Shown: positions 22,035-33,481, numbered from the stretch's first letter. The stretch is DNA of 64,000 nucleotides from Chamaesiphon sp. (GCA_965246715.1 CBDFFH010000009.1:64001-128000); one strand, 5' to 3'. Numbers and translations are program-made. The notes: generated by a model not told the origin, from the letters alone.

Positions 22035-22832
22035 TTACAAGCTATCGATTTGTTTGCGTAAAGCTTCTAATTCGCGTTCTTCGGCAGTCATTAACCGATC
22101 GGCAGTTGGGGGCGTTGTGGGCGCAGCAGTAGGCGATACAGTGCCTTGTGGTAGCGAAGCTGCGGGCTTGCTACCGCCGAGCATTTGCTGTTTCATGGCT
22201 GCGAGTTCGTCATCTACGTCGCTACCTGCGGATAGTGCGGCAAATTTGCTTTCCAAGTCTGCTCCAGTAATTTCTGCGGCAGCTTGAGATTTGGCTTCTT
22301 GGAGGAGAACTTTTTCTTCCATCCGCTCGAAGGCAGACATCGCGCTGTTGTTGCCGATGCGTCCGACTGCACCTTGAAGTTGTTCTTGCGCTTTGGCTGC
22401 TTGAGCGCGCGACTTGAGCATGTCCTTCTTGGTTTTGGCTTCGGAAATCTTGCCTTCAAGCTGGATCAAGCTTTTTTTCATCGTATCGACAGTTCCGGCT
22501 TGCCCGTCTAATTGGGCTTTGAGCGCGGCAGCAGTTTCGCTGTAGTTTTTCTTGCGGACTAGCGCTTCGCGAGCGAGATCTTCATCGCCTTTTTGGAGCG
22601 CTAATTGCGCTTTACCCTGCCAGCTATTGGCATCAGCCATGGCTTTATTGTATTGTTGCTCGGTGCGTTTTTGGTTGGCGATCGCACTGGCAACTGCTTG
22701 ACGAAGTTGCACCAAGTCTTCTTGCATATCCATTACCGCCTGTTCCAGAATTTTTTCTGGATCTTCGGCTTTGCTCACCATATCGTTGACATTCGCCCGC
22801 AGCAGTCTGCTCACCCGATCGAATAATCCCAT
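22035..22832 (-). CDS. vipp1: PspA/IM30 family protein Vipp1
   Basis: MGLFDRVSR..KAEDPEKILEQ, AFERMEEKV, plus Vipp1-type C-terminal helix ELEALRKQIDSL. Confidence 0.92.
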   Translation of the reverse strand: MGLFDRVSRLLRANVNDMVSKAEDPEKILEQAVMDMQEDLVQLRQAVASAIANQKRTEQQYNKAMADANSWQGKAQLALQKGDEDLAREALVRKKNYSETAAALKAQLDGQAGTVDTMKKSLIQLEGKISEAKTKKDMLKSRAQAAKAQEQLQGAVGRIGNNSAMSAFERMEEKVLLQEAKSQAAAEITGADLESKFAALSAGSDVDDELAAMKQQMLGGSKPAASLPQGTVSPTAAPTTPPTADRLMTAEERELEALRKQIDSL

Positions 22833-23039
22833 ATTACTATCCTCTTAATAGTTTCCTTTACTAGAATCCCAGTACTTAGCTCGCGCTGGAGCTAACACTT
22901 TAACTTCACGATTTAAAAATACAACCTAGTAATTATGATAGCTGTTGGATCTACCGATCGGGCAGTACTGATTTAGGAATTAGTCACCGACCAGAGCGTC
23001 ACCAGGCGCGATCCACGCACAGCTAAATTATAAATTAAT

Positions 23040-24110
23040 CTAACGTCTCAACCCTGGTTGTGCGGCTGGATACCGAGTTTGTTTGGCAGCAGTGTGAAAA
23101 TTCGGGGGTAGGAGCGATCGGATCAAGCTATCTGCCAGTCGTGGTTGCGCGACAATCGGTGCTGGGGCTACGGGAGCCGTACTCATGCCGTTATAGGGAA
23201 TCGCTACTGGAGCGCCTGCTGGCGTTGGGTTGGCGATCGAAGTTGGAGTAGTGCTGGGATTCGCCGTTGCGGTTGGTGGCATTTTTACCGTTGCGATCGT
23301 ACTTAAATTAAGGTCGGTAAATTCAGTAGCCGCTAAATTCGGACTCTGAATCGATTGTCCTAACGAACTACTAGTTGCCACCGGAACGCTCGGTTTGGTA
23401 GCCATCAGTGGAGCCAAGATCGCGGGATTGAGATAAACGTAAGCCGCGCCACCTGCGAGCGCACAAACTGCGGCTAACGAACCGATTTTTACTGGCGTAA
23501 ACAGTTTGCGTTTTTTGGCAGGAACTGGTGCAGGCTGCGGCTGAGGAGCAAAATTATCGGCTGGTGTCGTGTATCCCGATTGGATCTGTCGCAGCAATTC
23601 TTGCGACGAGGCTGAATATTCGCGATCGTATGCGGCGATCTCACCTCTTGGGGAAAAGTTTAAATCCAGGTTCTCATGCGAAGAAGAGATATCTGTTGGC
23701 GAGGACGAGTGCGTAGCTCGCTCGACATGCGTAATCGCGGAGAGATTGTCTTGTGGCGGATAGATCCCATTGATAATCACAAATCCACCCGCCTGTGGTA
23801 GCGCTGGCTGAGGATCGTTTATATTAGTGTTCGAGATCGCCGATCTCACGATTTCTCCTGTGACTATCTCGCTATCGGGATCGTCTCCAGATTGCTGTTC
23901 CCAAGTTGTCGCACTTGCTACCATCGATTGGTGCTCGTCAGTGAGATCTGCCTGTTTGGCTCTAAATCTAGTAAGTTCGTCTTCCAATTTAATATCTAAA
24001 CAACCAAGAGCTTGCTGGAGTGAAAGGTTGAGCCGCTCGGGAATCCGATCTGCTACGGCTTGACTGGATGGGGATGCATTGGCGTTATCGCCTGATGGGT
24101 GGTCGTTCAT
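23040..24110 (-). CDS. Hypothetical membrane-anchored protein
   Basis: 356-aa ORF, conserved-looking LQQALGCLDIKLEDELTRFR, one TM helix, Pro/Thr-rich tail. Confidence 0.75.
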   Translation of the reverse strand: MNDHPSGDNANASPSSQAVADRIPERLNLSLQQALGCLDIKLEDELTRFRAKQADLTDEHQSMVASATTWEQQSGDDPDSEIVTGEIVRSAISNTNINDPQPALPQAGGFVIINGIYPPQDNLSAITHVERATHSSSPTDISSSHENLDLNFSPRGEIAAYDREYSASSQELLRQIQSGYTTPADNFAPQPQPAPVPAKKRKLFTPVKIGSLAAVCALAGGAAYVYLNPAILAPLMATKPSVPVATSSSLGQSIQSPNLAATEFTDLNLSTIATVKMPPTATANPSTTPTSIANPTPAGAPVAIPYNGMSTAPVAPAPIVAQPRLADSLIRSLLPPNFHTAAKQTRYPAAQPGLRR

Positions 24111-24402
24111 AACTCACTTTAAAACACAGATATTTCTAGAGATGTCAGTCGAAATAAACTAGATCGATAGCAACTTATGCTCTTAGATTACCCACTATTG
24201 CTGTTGCTGGCGACAATTATTTCGGACGAACCGATCGGTCATCAGCTAGGGTTGGCGATCTATGCTTGGACTGGCAGATAGCGGGAGATTTTCTCAGTTG
24301 CTATTTTCACGAGTCATTGCTGTGTCATTAATATATTCCAAAATTTAGTCGATTCACCAAAAGTCAGAAATTTGACCGAGATGTCACTATTACCTGAGAG
24401 CT

Positions 24403-24873
24403 ATGTCACTAACATCGATTTCTACGATTACTAGCGATCTGCAAAACCAGCCTGGATGGGAAGGCGTTCGCGATTGGGGGCTAATCGTCCGTGCCTGGTT
24501 TACGATCGTCTCGCCGACTATTGCCAGTCACAGTCGCCCAAAATCTCTTGCTAGAGGCATCCTCACGATCGCCACCAATAGTTCTAGCCTAGCTCATCAA
24601 CTCACTTTTGGGCGACAAGCACTCTGCAAACAATTAAATACGCAATTAATTGTACCAGTGACGGATCTGCGCTTCGTGCCCGTCGGTTATCGCAGCCAGC
24701 ATCTACCGACAGCCACCGATCTCGATGGCATCGCGATCGATGCCGGTGAGATTGTTGTTTGTACCCATTGTGATTGCCGCGCCCGCCAGGGGGAATTGCT
24801 CCGGTGGGGAGTATGTCAGTTTTGTGCGATCGATCTGGGAATCGTCGGAGGTAAAAGATCTCCCAAAATGTAG
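24403..24873 (+). CDS. DUF721/DciA-family protein with Zn-ribbon tail
   Basis: W..IV...IA.HSRP...G.L.IAT.SS..A.QL; CxxC...CxxC. Confidence 0.8.
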   Translation: MSLTSISTITSDLQNQPGWEGVRDWGLIVRAWFTIVSPTIASHSRPKSLARGILTIATNSSSLAHQLTFGRQALCKQLNTQLIVPVTDLRFVPVGYRSQHLPTATDLDGIAIDAGEIVVCTHCDCRARQGELLRWGVCQFCAIDLGIVGGKRSPKM

Positions 24874-25236
24874 ATATTTTATCATTTTTGCTATTTAGTT
24901 AGATAAAATTGCCGATCGTTTGAAAATTTTTTAGCACATGAATATACGATTACCGCGATCGGTTATTTTTGGTTTTCAGCGATCCCTTCTGGTTTTAGAT
25001 GAATTAGTTCTAGGATCGACCATGAATAAATTTACTCCGTGTATGTACTGAACGCTTCCACAAATGTATCTTTCCATAAACTGAATCTAAAGAGAATATA
25101 AAATTCAAATGTGCTCGGGGATCGCTAAAAAGGAGATGGCATATTCGTTTGCTACTACTTTTGGCCGATCGGGTAACAGCGACAATGGAAGTCAAGAGAG
25201 AATTGAATTTAGTGCTCTCCCAAAAGGGTAACGCCG

Positions 25237-25518
25237 ATGAACGACCGAAATTGTCTGACTACTGCCTGTCGCTACTGTCGCTTTTACCAGCCAGACGGAC
25301 TCCACCGTGGTGCTTGTCAGCAACTTAACGTATCCGTCAATAGTGACTGGAAGGCATGTCAGCTCGCTCTCCCCGCATTTGCCAACACCTGGGAAAATGC
25401 TGAAGAACTCACCCATGCCAATTGGCAAGCAGAATTACCACAAGTAATTCAGAGTACACCACAGTTAAATATTGTCAGCTTGGAACTAAGTAGTAATTCG
25501 CTCAGTGTAAATAATTAA
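25237..25518 (+). CDS. Small Cys-rich hypothetical protein
   Basis: CRYCRFYQPDG...G.CQQL...WKAC. Confidence 0.7.
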   Translation: MNDRNCLTTACRYCRFYQPDGLHRGACQQLNVSVNSDWKACQLALPAFANTWENAEELTHANWQAELPQVIQSTPQLNIVSLELSSNSLSVNN

Positions 25519-25622
25519 TGAGTTTTTAGATATTGGGCTTGCGCTCTGACCTCGATCGGTGAGAAGATCGATGCTCTTAACGATTCTTTTTTCTAGTTAA
25601 GATCGCAAATTGGTACTTGCCA

Positions 25623-25992
<370 letters not shown>

Positions 25993-26052
25993 AACGCTTT
26001 GCGCCCACTTATCACTTTATAGTTCCAACTATCCACATGCCCATCTATCCAT

Positions 26053-26355
26053 CTACCAGCTAGATTTGACTACGCCAGGTAGTAAGCCTTGGTGTGCCCA
26101 TTCACGTAAGACGTTACGGGACAGACCAAAATCGCGGTAGTAACCACGCGGACGACCAGTTACCCAGCAACGGTTGTGCAACCGAGTGGGCGCACTATTG
26201 CGGGGTAATTGCTGGATTTTGCGATGAATTGCGAATCTCGCTTGGGGAGTCGTTGCAGCTCTAAACTCTTCGAGCAGAGCTTCGCGTTTGTCTGCATATT
26301 TTGCGACTAGACGCTCGCGGTTTTTTTCCCGCTGGATCGTACCTTTCTTTGCCAT
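26053..26355 (-). CDS. rpsN: 30S ribosomal protein S14
   Basis: [23 protein letters not shown]...LPGVVKSSW. Confidence 0.98.
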   Translation of the reverse strand: MAKKGTIQREKNRERLVAKYADKREALLEEFRAATTPQARFAIHRKIQQLPRNSAPTRLHNRCWVTGRPRGYYRDFGLSRNVLREWAHQGLLPGVVKSSW

Positions 26356-26541
26356 GTGGATAAATTTCTCTAATTACAAAAACCCGAACGCTCTCATGTA
26401 ATTACGCGATCGTCGTGAGACGATGCGATCGCTTCGCCCTAGAGCGTCGCGCCAGCTTCGCTAATGCAGCAAATTACAAGAGTGTCAAACACTCAATTAT
26501 ACACTATGTCAGGTCTATTTACCTAAGATCGATTATAGATA

Positions 26542-26975
26542 TAACCCAACGTCAGTTCGGGATAAGGAGCGGTAAGTTGTTGTACTAAGCAGAGTGGCAA
26601 ACGATGTATGCTAGTTGGCCTCGATTTTCCTAGTGGGGGCAGAACCCGGATCTGGGGGTGCCGACCCCCAGACCCCCCGTTGAGAGGCGGAACGCCGCCT
26701 CTCAAACTCTCCTGCGTAAGGTTCGATTTGTGTGAAGCGCAGTGCGGCATTCACTCCACCTGAGATTTTAGTTGGAGATTATTAGACTAAAATCTCAGGT
26801 GGAGCTTTCTTCTCAAGATATTCTTAACCCGAACTGACGTTACCCCAAGTTGATATCTATAAAAATGCCAACGATAGTCCGCGAAGGCAGGCTTTTGCCG
26901 CGAGCGGCAACAACCGGACTTTGCATTACGAGCAGCGGTTTTAACCGCTGGAGTTGTAGGTAGCAACTTGGGTTA
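26542..26975. mobile_element. MITE with TIR AACGTCAGTTCGGG (26548-26841) inserted at the left terminus of a second MITE ending at 26975
   Basis: 14-bp TIRs; ACCC on both flanks; outer element related to 16824-16956. Confidence 0.7.
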
Positions 26976-26994
26976 GATACACTGTCAGATCGAA

Positions 26995-28062
26995 TTAGGA
27001 AATCGGATCGATAATCCCGCCACCCAACAAGATATCACCGTCATACCAGACCGCAGCCTGACCGGGCGTAATCCCAAATTGAGGCTCATCAAATACCAAT
27101 CTAACTTTGCCTCCAGCTAGCGGGATAACGCTGACGGGTACTGCTTCAGAACGGTATCTTACCTGAACTTCTGCCCTAATCGGGGCGATCGGTTGGACGA
27201 TCGACACCCAATTGACCCGATCGACGGTACACTCAGGACTGTGAGTTTCTGCCCGCGAACCGACGACAACCCGATTTTTAATCGCATCGAGGGCGACGAC
27301 ATATAGCGGTTCTGGTGCCGCTAGTCCGATGCCTCGGCGTTGCCCGATCGTATAATGATGGATGCCCAGATGTTGACCTAGCACTTCACCTTGAGTATCG
27401 ACAATATCGCCTGGACGTTGGTTAATATACCGATCGAGGAAGGTTTTCATCGAGCCATGTTTTTCTACCAAACAGAGATCTTGGCTTTCCGGTTTGTCAG
27501 CAGTAGAGAGATTCAACCCCGCTGCCAGTTCCCGCGTCTGCGTCTTGAGCGTATCGCCGAGTGGGAAGACAGTAGCACCGAGAATATCTTGCTCTAAATC
27601 GTACAGGAAATACGTTTGATCCTTCGATCGATCGATCGCCCGTCGCAATTGATAGCGTTGCAGATTATCGTCGTAGGTAATCCGGGCATAATGTCCCGTA
27701 GCGATATAATCAGCACCCAATTCTTCCTTGGCGTATTTCACCATCGGCCCAAATTTCACCGCTTTATTGCACTGCGAACAGGGCAAGGGTGTAATCCCCG
27801 CTTCATAACCAGTGACGAGATAATCGATAATATATTTCTCAAAGGTATCGCGACTATCGACAATCTGATGGGTAATCCCCAACTGTTCGCAAATCCGCGC
27901 TGCATCGACCATTCCTTCCGAGCAGCACTGACCCTTACCCCGCATCAACCAGAGGGTCAAACCGAGAACATCATAACCTTGCTCGCACAGAATCGCAGCG
28001 GCGACAGAACTGTCTACCCCGCCGGAGAGTCCGACAACGACTTTTTTCATAGTGGACGGCAT
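26995..28062 (-). CDS. mnmA: tRNA 2-thiouridylase
   Basis: [34 protein letters not shown]. Confidence 0.96.
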   Translation of the reverse strand: MPSTMKKVVVGLSGGVDSSVAAAILCEQGYDVLGLTLWLMRGKGQCCSEGMVDAARICEQLGITHQIVDSRDTFEKYIIDYLVTGYEAGITPLPCSQCNKAVKFGPMVKYAKEELGADYIATGHYARITYDDNLQRYQLRRAIDRSKDQTYFLYDLEQDILGATVFPLGDTLKTQTRELAAGLNLSTADKPESQDLCLVEKHGSMKTFLDRYINQRPGDIVDTQGEVLGQHLGIHHYTIGQRRGIGLAAPEPLYVVALDAIKNRVVVGSRAETHSPECTVDRVNWVSIVQPIAPIRAEVQVRYRSEAVPVSVIPLAGGKVRLVFDEPQFGITPGQAAVWYDGDILLGGGIIDPIS

Positions 28063-28214
28063 AACATTCGCGCCATAATTTGCCCATATCTAAGGTAGCA
28101 TTTCTCGATCTACTTTGGATTGAGAATATATCCTCGAAAGAGTTACGATGGATTTGAAGATCTCCATCCGCACAACTAGAATGGTAAATCTATGATTGCT
28201 GTAAACAACACCCC

Positions 28215-29725
28215 CAGGTTAAACGCACTTAAATTTGTTATTACTAAAAACTTTGACGATCGAATGAATAAATAGCATCTAGAAATCTTGTAATTACTGC
28301 TAGGTAATAGTTAGAGCTAATTAACTATGTTAGAATTTAACAAATTTAATTTAACTAAAATGAAGCTGAAGCCAAAATATAGTATTATAGAACACTTCGA
28401 GAGTGTAGAAGACTACAGGACAGAGCGCGGGAAAAAGCATAAATTAATTGATATCATCACCATTACCATTTGTGCTGTAGTATCTGGAGCTGATACATGG
28501 ATAGATATAGAAATTTATGGTTTGGCGAAGAAGGAATGGCTAGGTAAATTTTTAGAGTTGCCGCATGGTATTCCATCACATGATACATTTGGAAGGGTAT
28601 TTTCACGAATTAATCCTGAAGAATTTCAAAAAAGTTTCCTGAGTTGGGTTAAAGGAATATCTAAAATAACAGCAGGAGAAATAATTGCACTTGACGGCAA
28701 ACAATCTCGAAATTCAGGAGATAATACTAATGGACAAGGTGTACTAAATACTGTTAGTGCATGGGCTGTAACTAATAGATTAGTATTAGGACAGAAAATG
28801 GTTGAGGGCAAATCTAATGAAATCACAGCACTTCCTGAATTAATTAAAGTTCTAGATTTAGCCGGATGTATAGTTACCATTGATGCAATGGGATGTCAAA
28901 GAGAAATAGTAAAAAAAATTGTTGAAAAAGATGCAGATTATGTAATTGCTGTGAAAAAGAATCAACCAAGTTTATACGACCAAGTAGAAAGGCTATTTAA
29001 ACAGGCTATTGCAACTGGTGGCGCAGGTTTCAATCTGAGTGATTTCAGGACTAAGGAGATTAATGGGGGTAGGGAAGAAATCCGTAATTATTTAATGATA
29101 TCAGATGTTGCCGATCGAATAGATTCATCCCATAACTGGATGAAATTGACTAGTATTGCGATGGTTGAATCAGTAAGAACTATTGGGGATAAAACCACCA
29201 TAGAGACTCGTTATTTTATTAGTAGTTTAGCTAATAATGCCAAGAGAGTCGCCGGAGCAATTAGAGGTCATTGGGGGATAGAAAATTCACTTCATTGGGT
29301 ACTTGATGTTTCTTTAAGAGAAGATTATAGTCGAATTAGGAAAGATAATGCGCCAGCTAATTTTGCAGTATTACGGCACATAGCTATTAACTTAATTAGT
29401 CAAAATAAAAGTCGGAAATTAAGTGTGAAAAGCAAGAGATTTCTAGCAGGTATAGATGACAAATACTTGGCTGAAATTTTAGAAGGTATTTTATAATTTA
29501 CGAACTATTGGTTGAAATCAAATTACTTCTATAATATATCGACGATTTAAGTTATTCCTTCGATCGACTACTTTATATTGCATTAAATTAAATAAATATT
29601 GCCTTATACTATACATCAGTTCTAATTGAATTCGTCGTAAATGTATTTAGTTCATAAATACTGCTTAAGTTGTATGTATTATTGAATTCGATCGCCTCAT
29701 ATCAAGTTTTGATGCGTTTAACCTG
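28215..29725 (+). mobile_element. ISAs1-family IS (second subtype)
   Basis: IRs CAGGTTAAACGCA; 10-bp TSD ACAACACCCC (28205-28214, 29726-29735). Confidence 0.93.
28360..29496 (+). CDS. ISAs1 transposase
   Basis: PSHDTFGRVF, IALDGK, KSNEITA, TIDAMGCQ, HWGIENSLHW. Confidence 0.93.
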   Translation: MKLKPKYSIIEHFESVEDYRTERGKKHKLIDIITITICAVVSGADTWIDIEIYGLAKKEWLGKFLELPHGIPSHDTFGRVFSRINPEEFQKSFLSWVKGISKITAGEIIALDGKQSRNSGDNTNGQGVLNTVSAWAVTNRLVLGQKMVEGKSNEITALPELIKVLDLAGCIVTIDAMGCQREIVKKIVEKDADYVIAVKKNQPSLYDQVERLFKQAIATGGAGFNLSDFRTKEINGGREEIRNYLMISDVADRIDSSHNWMKLTSIAMVESVRTIGDKTTIETRYFISSLANNAKRVAGAIRGHWGIENSLHWVLDVSLREDYSRIRKDNAPANFAVLRHIAINLISQNKSRKLSVKSKRFLAGIDDKYLAEILEGIL

Positions 29726-29944
29726 ACAACACCCCTAACCTAGTTTTGAATTTAGAACCAAAGCTCAAACTTTGGACGGTGGCTGAATACCACCGGATGA
29801 GTGCGTTGGGAATGCTCGATGCTGATGGAAGAACCGAACTAATGGCTGGGGAAATTTTACTAATGGCTGCGAAAGGAACTCCCCACGTTGTTGGATTACA
29901 ATTATTAGCAATTTCTCTGTCCGAACAACTGCAAGATAGTGATT

Positions 29945-31170
29945 GGGAGCATCCCACTTTTTATTAGTTTTATGTAGATAAAGCGTATGTACTAGTATGG
30001 CGATCGAGAAATCTGGTGAAAATAGCAGCAGAGGGAGCATAATCTTGAGATAATGGGGTCAAGTAAACTAAGGTAGTGTAATGAGTCCAGAAGAGCAAAA
30101 AGAACTCGATCGACACACAAAAGCTATTGCCAAAATATTGTATAAAAATACACCAAAAGAAGAACTAACAAGCTTAGGAAAAATCGAAGAAGCGGTGAGA
30201 GCGAGAATGCAAGAGTATGTGATGCCATCCGTCGGAATTTTTTTATCGAAAATGTCACAGTCGAAACTGGAGGATATAAAAGACAGATCCAAAGCATAAT
30301 TGGAGAATTAGCAATCACAAGCAAACAGGCAGCCAAGCTAAATATCAAAAGTCATACCCAAATCAGTCCGTATTTGGAAGCTTGTTGCTTGCGTATAAGT
30401 GCATCAATTTCTTACGAAAGGACAACAGAGGAAGTCAAATATTTAACTGGAGTGGAGATATCAAAAAGTGCCCAACAGAGGTTAATTCACAGACAAGAAT
30501 TTGAATTGCCTCAAGCTGAGACACCCGTGGCAGAATTGAGTGTAGATGGGGGGAATATTCGAGTGAGAACCCCAAAGGGAGAGGTGTGTAGCTGGAAAGG
30601 ATACAAAGCAACAGTACTACATCAACAGCAAAAAATTGCATCATCATTTCAAGAAAATGAGACGATCGTTAATTGGGTAAATAGTCAAGAATTAGCTCCA
30701 GTTGTTACTTGCTTAGGTGATGGCCATGACGGGGTATGGAATATCATCAAGGAATTTGTACCTATTGGTGAAAGAAGAGAAATTCTCGACTGGTTTCATT
30801 TGATGGAAAATCTCCATAAAATTGGCGGTTCCAACCAAAGATTATTTGCAGCCAGAGAATTACTCTGGTACGGAAAAGTTGATGAGACGATTAAGTTGTT
30901 TGGTGATTGTAATCTCAAGCAAGCTGAAAACTTTTGTGCTTATTTAGAGAAACATCGTCATCGGATAATTAATTATTATTATTTTCAAGCCGAACAAATC
31001 TGCTCTATTGGTTCTGGTTCCATTGAGTCTACAATTAAACAGATCGATCGCCGGACTAAAATTTCTGGAGCGCAGTGGAAATCTGAAAATGTTCCTCAAG
31101 TATTAGCGCATCGCTGCGCCTACCTCAACGGGTTAATTTGCGACCGCTAAATAAAAAGTGGGATGCTCCC
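29945..31170 (+). mobile_element. ISKra4-family IS
   Basis: Perfect 21-bp IRs GGGAGCATCCCACTTTTTATT; no target duplication. Confidence 0.88.
30081..31150 (+). CDS. ISKra4 transposase, two ORFs joined by a -1 frameshift at T7 (about 30238-30244)
   Basis: SVDGG, CLGDGHDGVWN, LDWFHLMENL, IGSGSIES; -1 frame open from the T-run to 31150. Confidence 0.8.
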
Positions 31171-31423
31171 AACGAAAAGCTTGTCGCGCCAATTCCCCAA
31201 CAGCATAATAACGATCGTCGATTCCTACAACACAGTATTTAGCCGGATCGACTTTAAATGCACTACGATACTTCTCGATCGCATCTGCTGAAACCTCGAT
31301 TACTTCTGGACTCATGGTGAAATAGTGAGGATTTTCAGATTTAGGATGTTCGTTAATTTCTTTGGTAAAAGCTACTTTTAATGACGAACTCCCGTAATCT
31401 ATAACGGCATACAGATATTCCAT
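31171..31423 (-). pseudogene. ParM/StbA actin-like segregation ATPase, N-terminal fragment cut by ISKra4
   Basis: Phosphate-1 motif VIDYGSSSLK and YAVGELA; ORF runs into the IS IR. Confidence 0.7.
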
Positions 31424-31427
31424 CGGT

Positions 31428-31844
31428 CTAATCCTCTAACTTCATAATTCTCTCGATCGTTACGAATGGTGGCTCATCATCGAATACATCCTCCTCTAAC
31501 TCATCGCGATCGTCAAATCGCTCGGTGTTTGCTCGATTACCCTGCTGTCGATCGATGCTTGGTTGTAGTTGTCCCTCAACGCTAGTAGTCACATTTGCAT
31601 CCACACCCCTTCCTGCATCGAGCGACATGATTCTTACTCTCGATCGGAGAATATCGATCGACCTTTGATATGCTTTCTGAATTTCTAAAGGTGAAGCATT
31701 GATGTGTTCGAGAGCGTAGGGCAAATAGAATGCCTCTAATGCTTGCGTTACTTTGTCTTTCATCCGACTAAGGCTTTTCAAGTATTGGTAGAGTCTCACA
31801 TCTAACTCATTGCTATCGTAAATCGTCCACGACCACTTAGGCAT
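31428..31844 (-). CDS. Hypothetical protein directly upstream of the parM-like gene (candidate adaptor)
   Basis: 138 aa, 4-bp gap to next ORF, acidic C-terminus. Confidence 0.6.
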   Translation of the reverse strand: MPKWSWTIYDSNELDVRLYQYLKSLSRMKDKVTQALEAFYLPYALEHINASPLEIQKAYQRSIDILRSRVRIMSLDAGRGVDANVTTSVEGQLQPSIDRQQGNRANTERFDDRDELEEDVFDDEPPFVTIERIMKLED

Positions 31845-32055
31845 GATATTAATCTCAATTTACTACTGTTTTCGGGTGTCTAATAACCACCTAGTCGTAG
31901 GGTTAGCAGTTAGTTATTAACTGCTTATCAACCGCCTAATAGTTAGTTATTGGGTGACTATACTATCATCGATACTCAAAACAAGAATTTTATCGGGTGG
32001 TTGTCGAACGGTTATTAGGTGCTTATTAAAAGCTCAGAATCCGATCCCCTTTAGC

Positions 32056-32090
32056 GCGCACAGTACGCATTTACTACAATAACTGTAAAT
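32056..32090 (-). other. Candidate MobF oriT/nic
   Basis: Minus strand ATTTAC-N10-GTAAAT inverted repeat running into TGCGTACTGTG, similar to R388 TGCGTATTGTCT; about 100 bp upstream of the relaxase. Confidence 0.5.
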
Positions 32091-32191
32091 TGGTCGATAA
32101 TAGAAGGCATGAGGGAAATTAATGCTCAAAATAGTTTTCAGATCGACTTGAGAGTAGTGGAAATAAAATTAATAATGTTACAGCGAGATAG

Positions 32192-33481
32192 ATGCTGACA
32201 GCAAAAAATTGTCAAGCTAGTACGGCGGTGCAGTATTTCACTGACGATTACGATCGAGGGCAGACGCGATGGTTTGGGAAAGGTGCTGCCAAACTGGGAT
32301 TAGTCGGTGAAATCGATTGCGCTGGGCGCAGGCTTCGCCAACGAGAATCATTCGAGCATATTTGCTACGGTCGATCGCCAGATGGGACTAAATATCTGGG
32401 TACTAAAGGCGACCCTGACAAACGCCGTGCGGGAACGGATTTTACATTTTCCGCCCCGAAATCTGTGAGTCTAACTGCATTAGTCGGCGGGGATACCCGC
32501 TTAGAAGTCGCCCATCGCATCGCCGTCGAGAAAACTCTGGCACTAATCGAATCACGCTACGCACAAACCCGTATTACCAAAGATAAGAAAGTAGCAGAAG
32601 TCAAAACTGGAAGCCTCGTCGTAGCTCAGTTCGACCATATTGAGAGTCGCGAACTCGATCCGCACCTGCATACTCACGCCCTGGTTTTGAACCTAACTCA
32701 AGCAGAGAGCGGTAAATGGTATGCCAACGACAACGATCTAATTTTTCAGAACAAGAAACACTTGGGTACGATTTATCAGGCTTACCTAGCAGCCGAAGTC
32801 GATCGACTGGGTTATGAGATCGAGCCTCGTCCCCACGGGATGTTTGAGATTAAAGGTTACAAGCGGGAGAATTTAGTCGAGTTTAGCAAACGCCGGATGC
32901 AGATTCTCGCTCAGTGTCCAAGTAATAGCACTTGGCAGACGCGGGAGGATAGTTGGGAACGCACTCGCAAGCATAAAGAACGCATCCCCTCAACTGAGTT
33001 AAAAGCACGATGGCAGCGGGAAGCTAGCGATTTAGGCATTGAAATCGTCAAAGCTGGAGTGCTGCCAGTTGCCCAGTCGATTCGGCAGAGCCGACGCTTC
33101 GCGAACGATTCAGAAAAAACGGAACGGTTCATCAACGATGCGATCGCTCATTGCTCCGAGCGGAGCGTTGACTTTAGAGTTGAAGACATTGAGAAATTCA
33201 TAATCGCCCAACGATTGCCGCTCGATATTGCTGAGATTAAATCTCTGTGCGACACTCGATCGGATTTAATTAAGATCGATCGGCACTACACCACTTTGAA
33301 GGCACCAATACAAGATGAAGTTGACGACCGGATACAGGTTGAGCCGTTGCTAGATAATGTACATGAAAGCGAAGCTGAATTAGCTCGGCAAGAAGGTGTC
33401 AAGGTGCCTACTCATGGTGGCGGTGTGAGGGTTCCAGTATCTAGGGAAGATAAGCTTGACACTACTCTCGTTCGATCATAA
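32192..33481 (+). CDS. MobF/TrwC-family relaxase (relaxase domain only)
   Basis: N-terminal Y(F)..DY, W.GKGA, DFTFSAPKSVS, H..SRELDPHLHTH, EFSKRR. Confidence 0.92.
   Translation: MLTAKNCQASTAVQYFTDDYDRGQTRWFGKGAAKLGLVGEIDCAGRRLRQRESFEHICYGRSPDGTKYLGTKGDPDKRRAGTDFTFSAPKSVSLTALVGGDTRLEVAHRIAVEKTLALIESRYAQTRITKDKKVAEVKTGSLVVAQFDHIESRELDPHLHTHALVLNLTQAESGKWYANDNDLIFQNKKHLGTIYQAYLAAEVDRLGYEIEPRPHGMFEIKGYKRENLVEFSKRRMQILAQCPSNSTWQTREDSWERTRKHKERIPSTELKARWQREASDLGIEIVKAGVLPVAQSIRQSRRFANDSEKTERFINDAIAHCSERSVDFRVEDIEKFIIAQRLPLDIAEIKSLCDTRSDLIKIDRHYTTLKAPIQDEVDDRIQVEPLLDNVHESEAELARQEGVKVPTHGGGVRVPVSREDKLDTTLVRS

Larger units (their letters stand above)
28192..29944 (+). pseudogene. Uma2-family endonuclease, split by ISAs1 and truncated by ISKra4
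   Basis: Removing the IS plus one TSD gives MIAVNNTPNLVLNLEPKLKLWTVAEYHRM...RTELMAGEI..MAAKGTPH; reading ends at the ISKra4 IR. Confidence 0.82.

Noticed and set aside
26523..26750. 75-aa ORF
   Set aside because: Lies within MITE/hairpin repeat sequence
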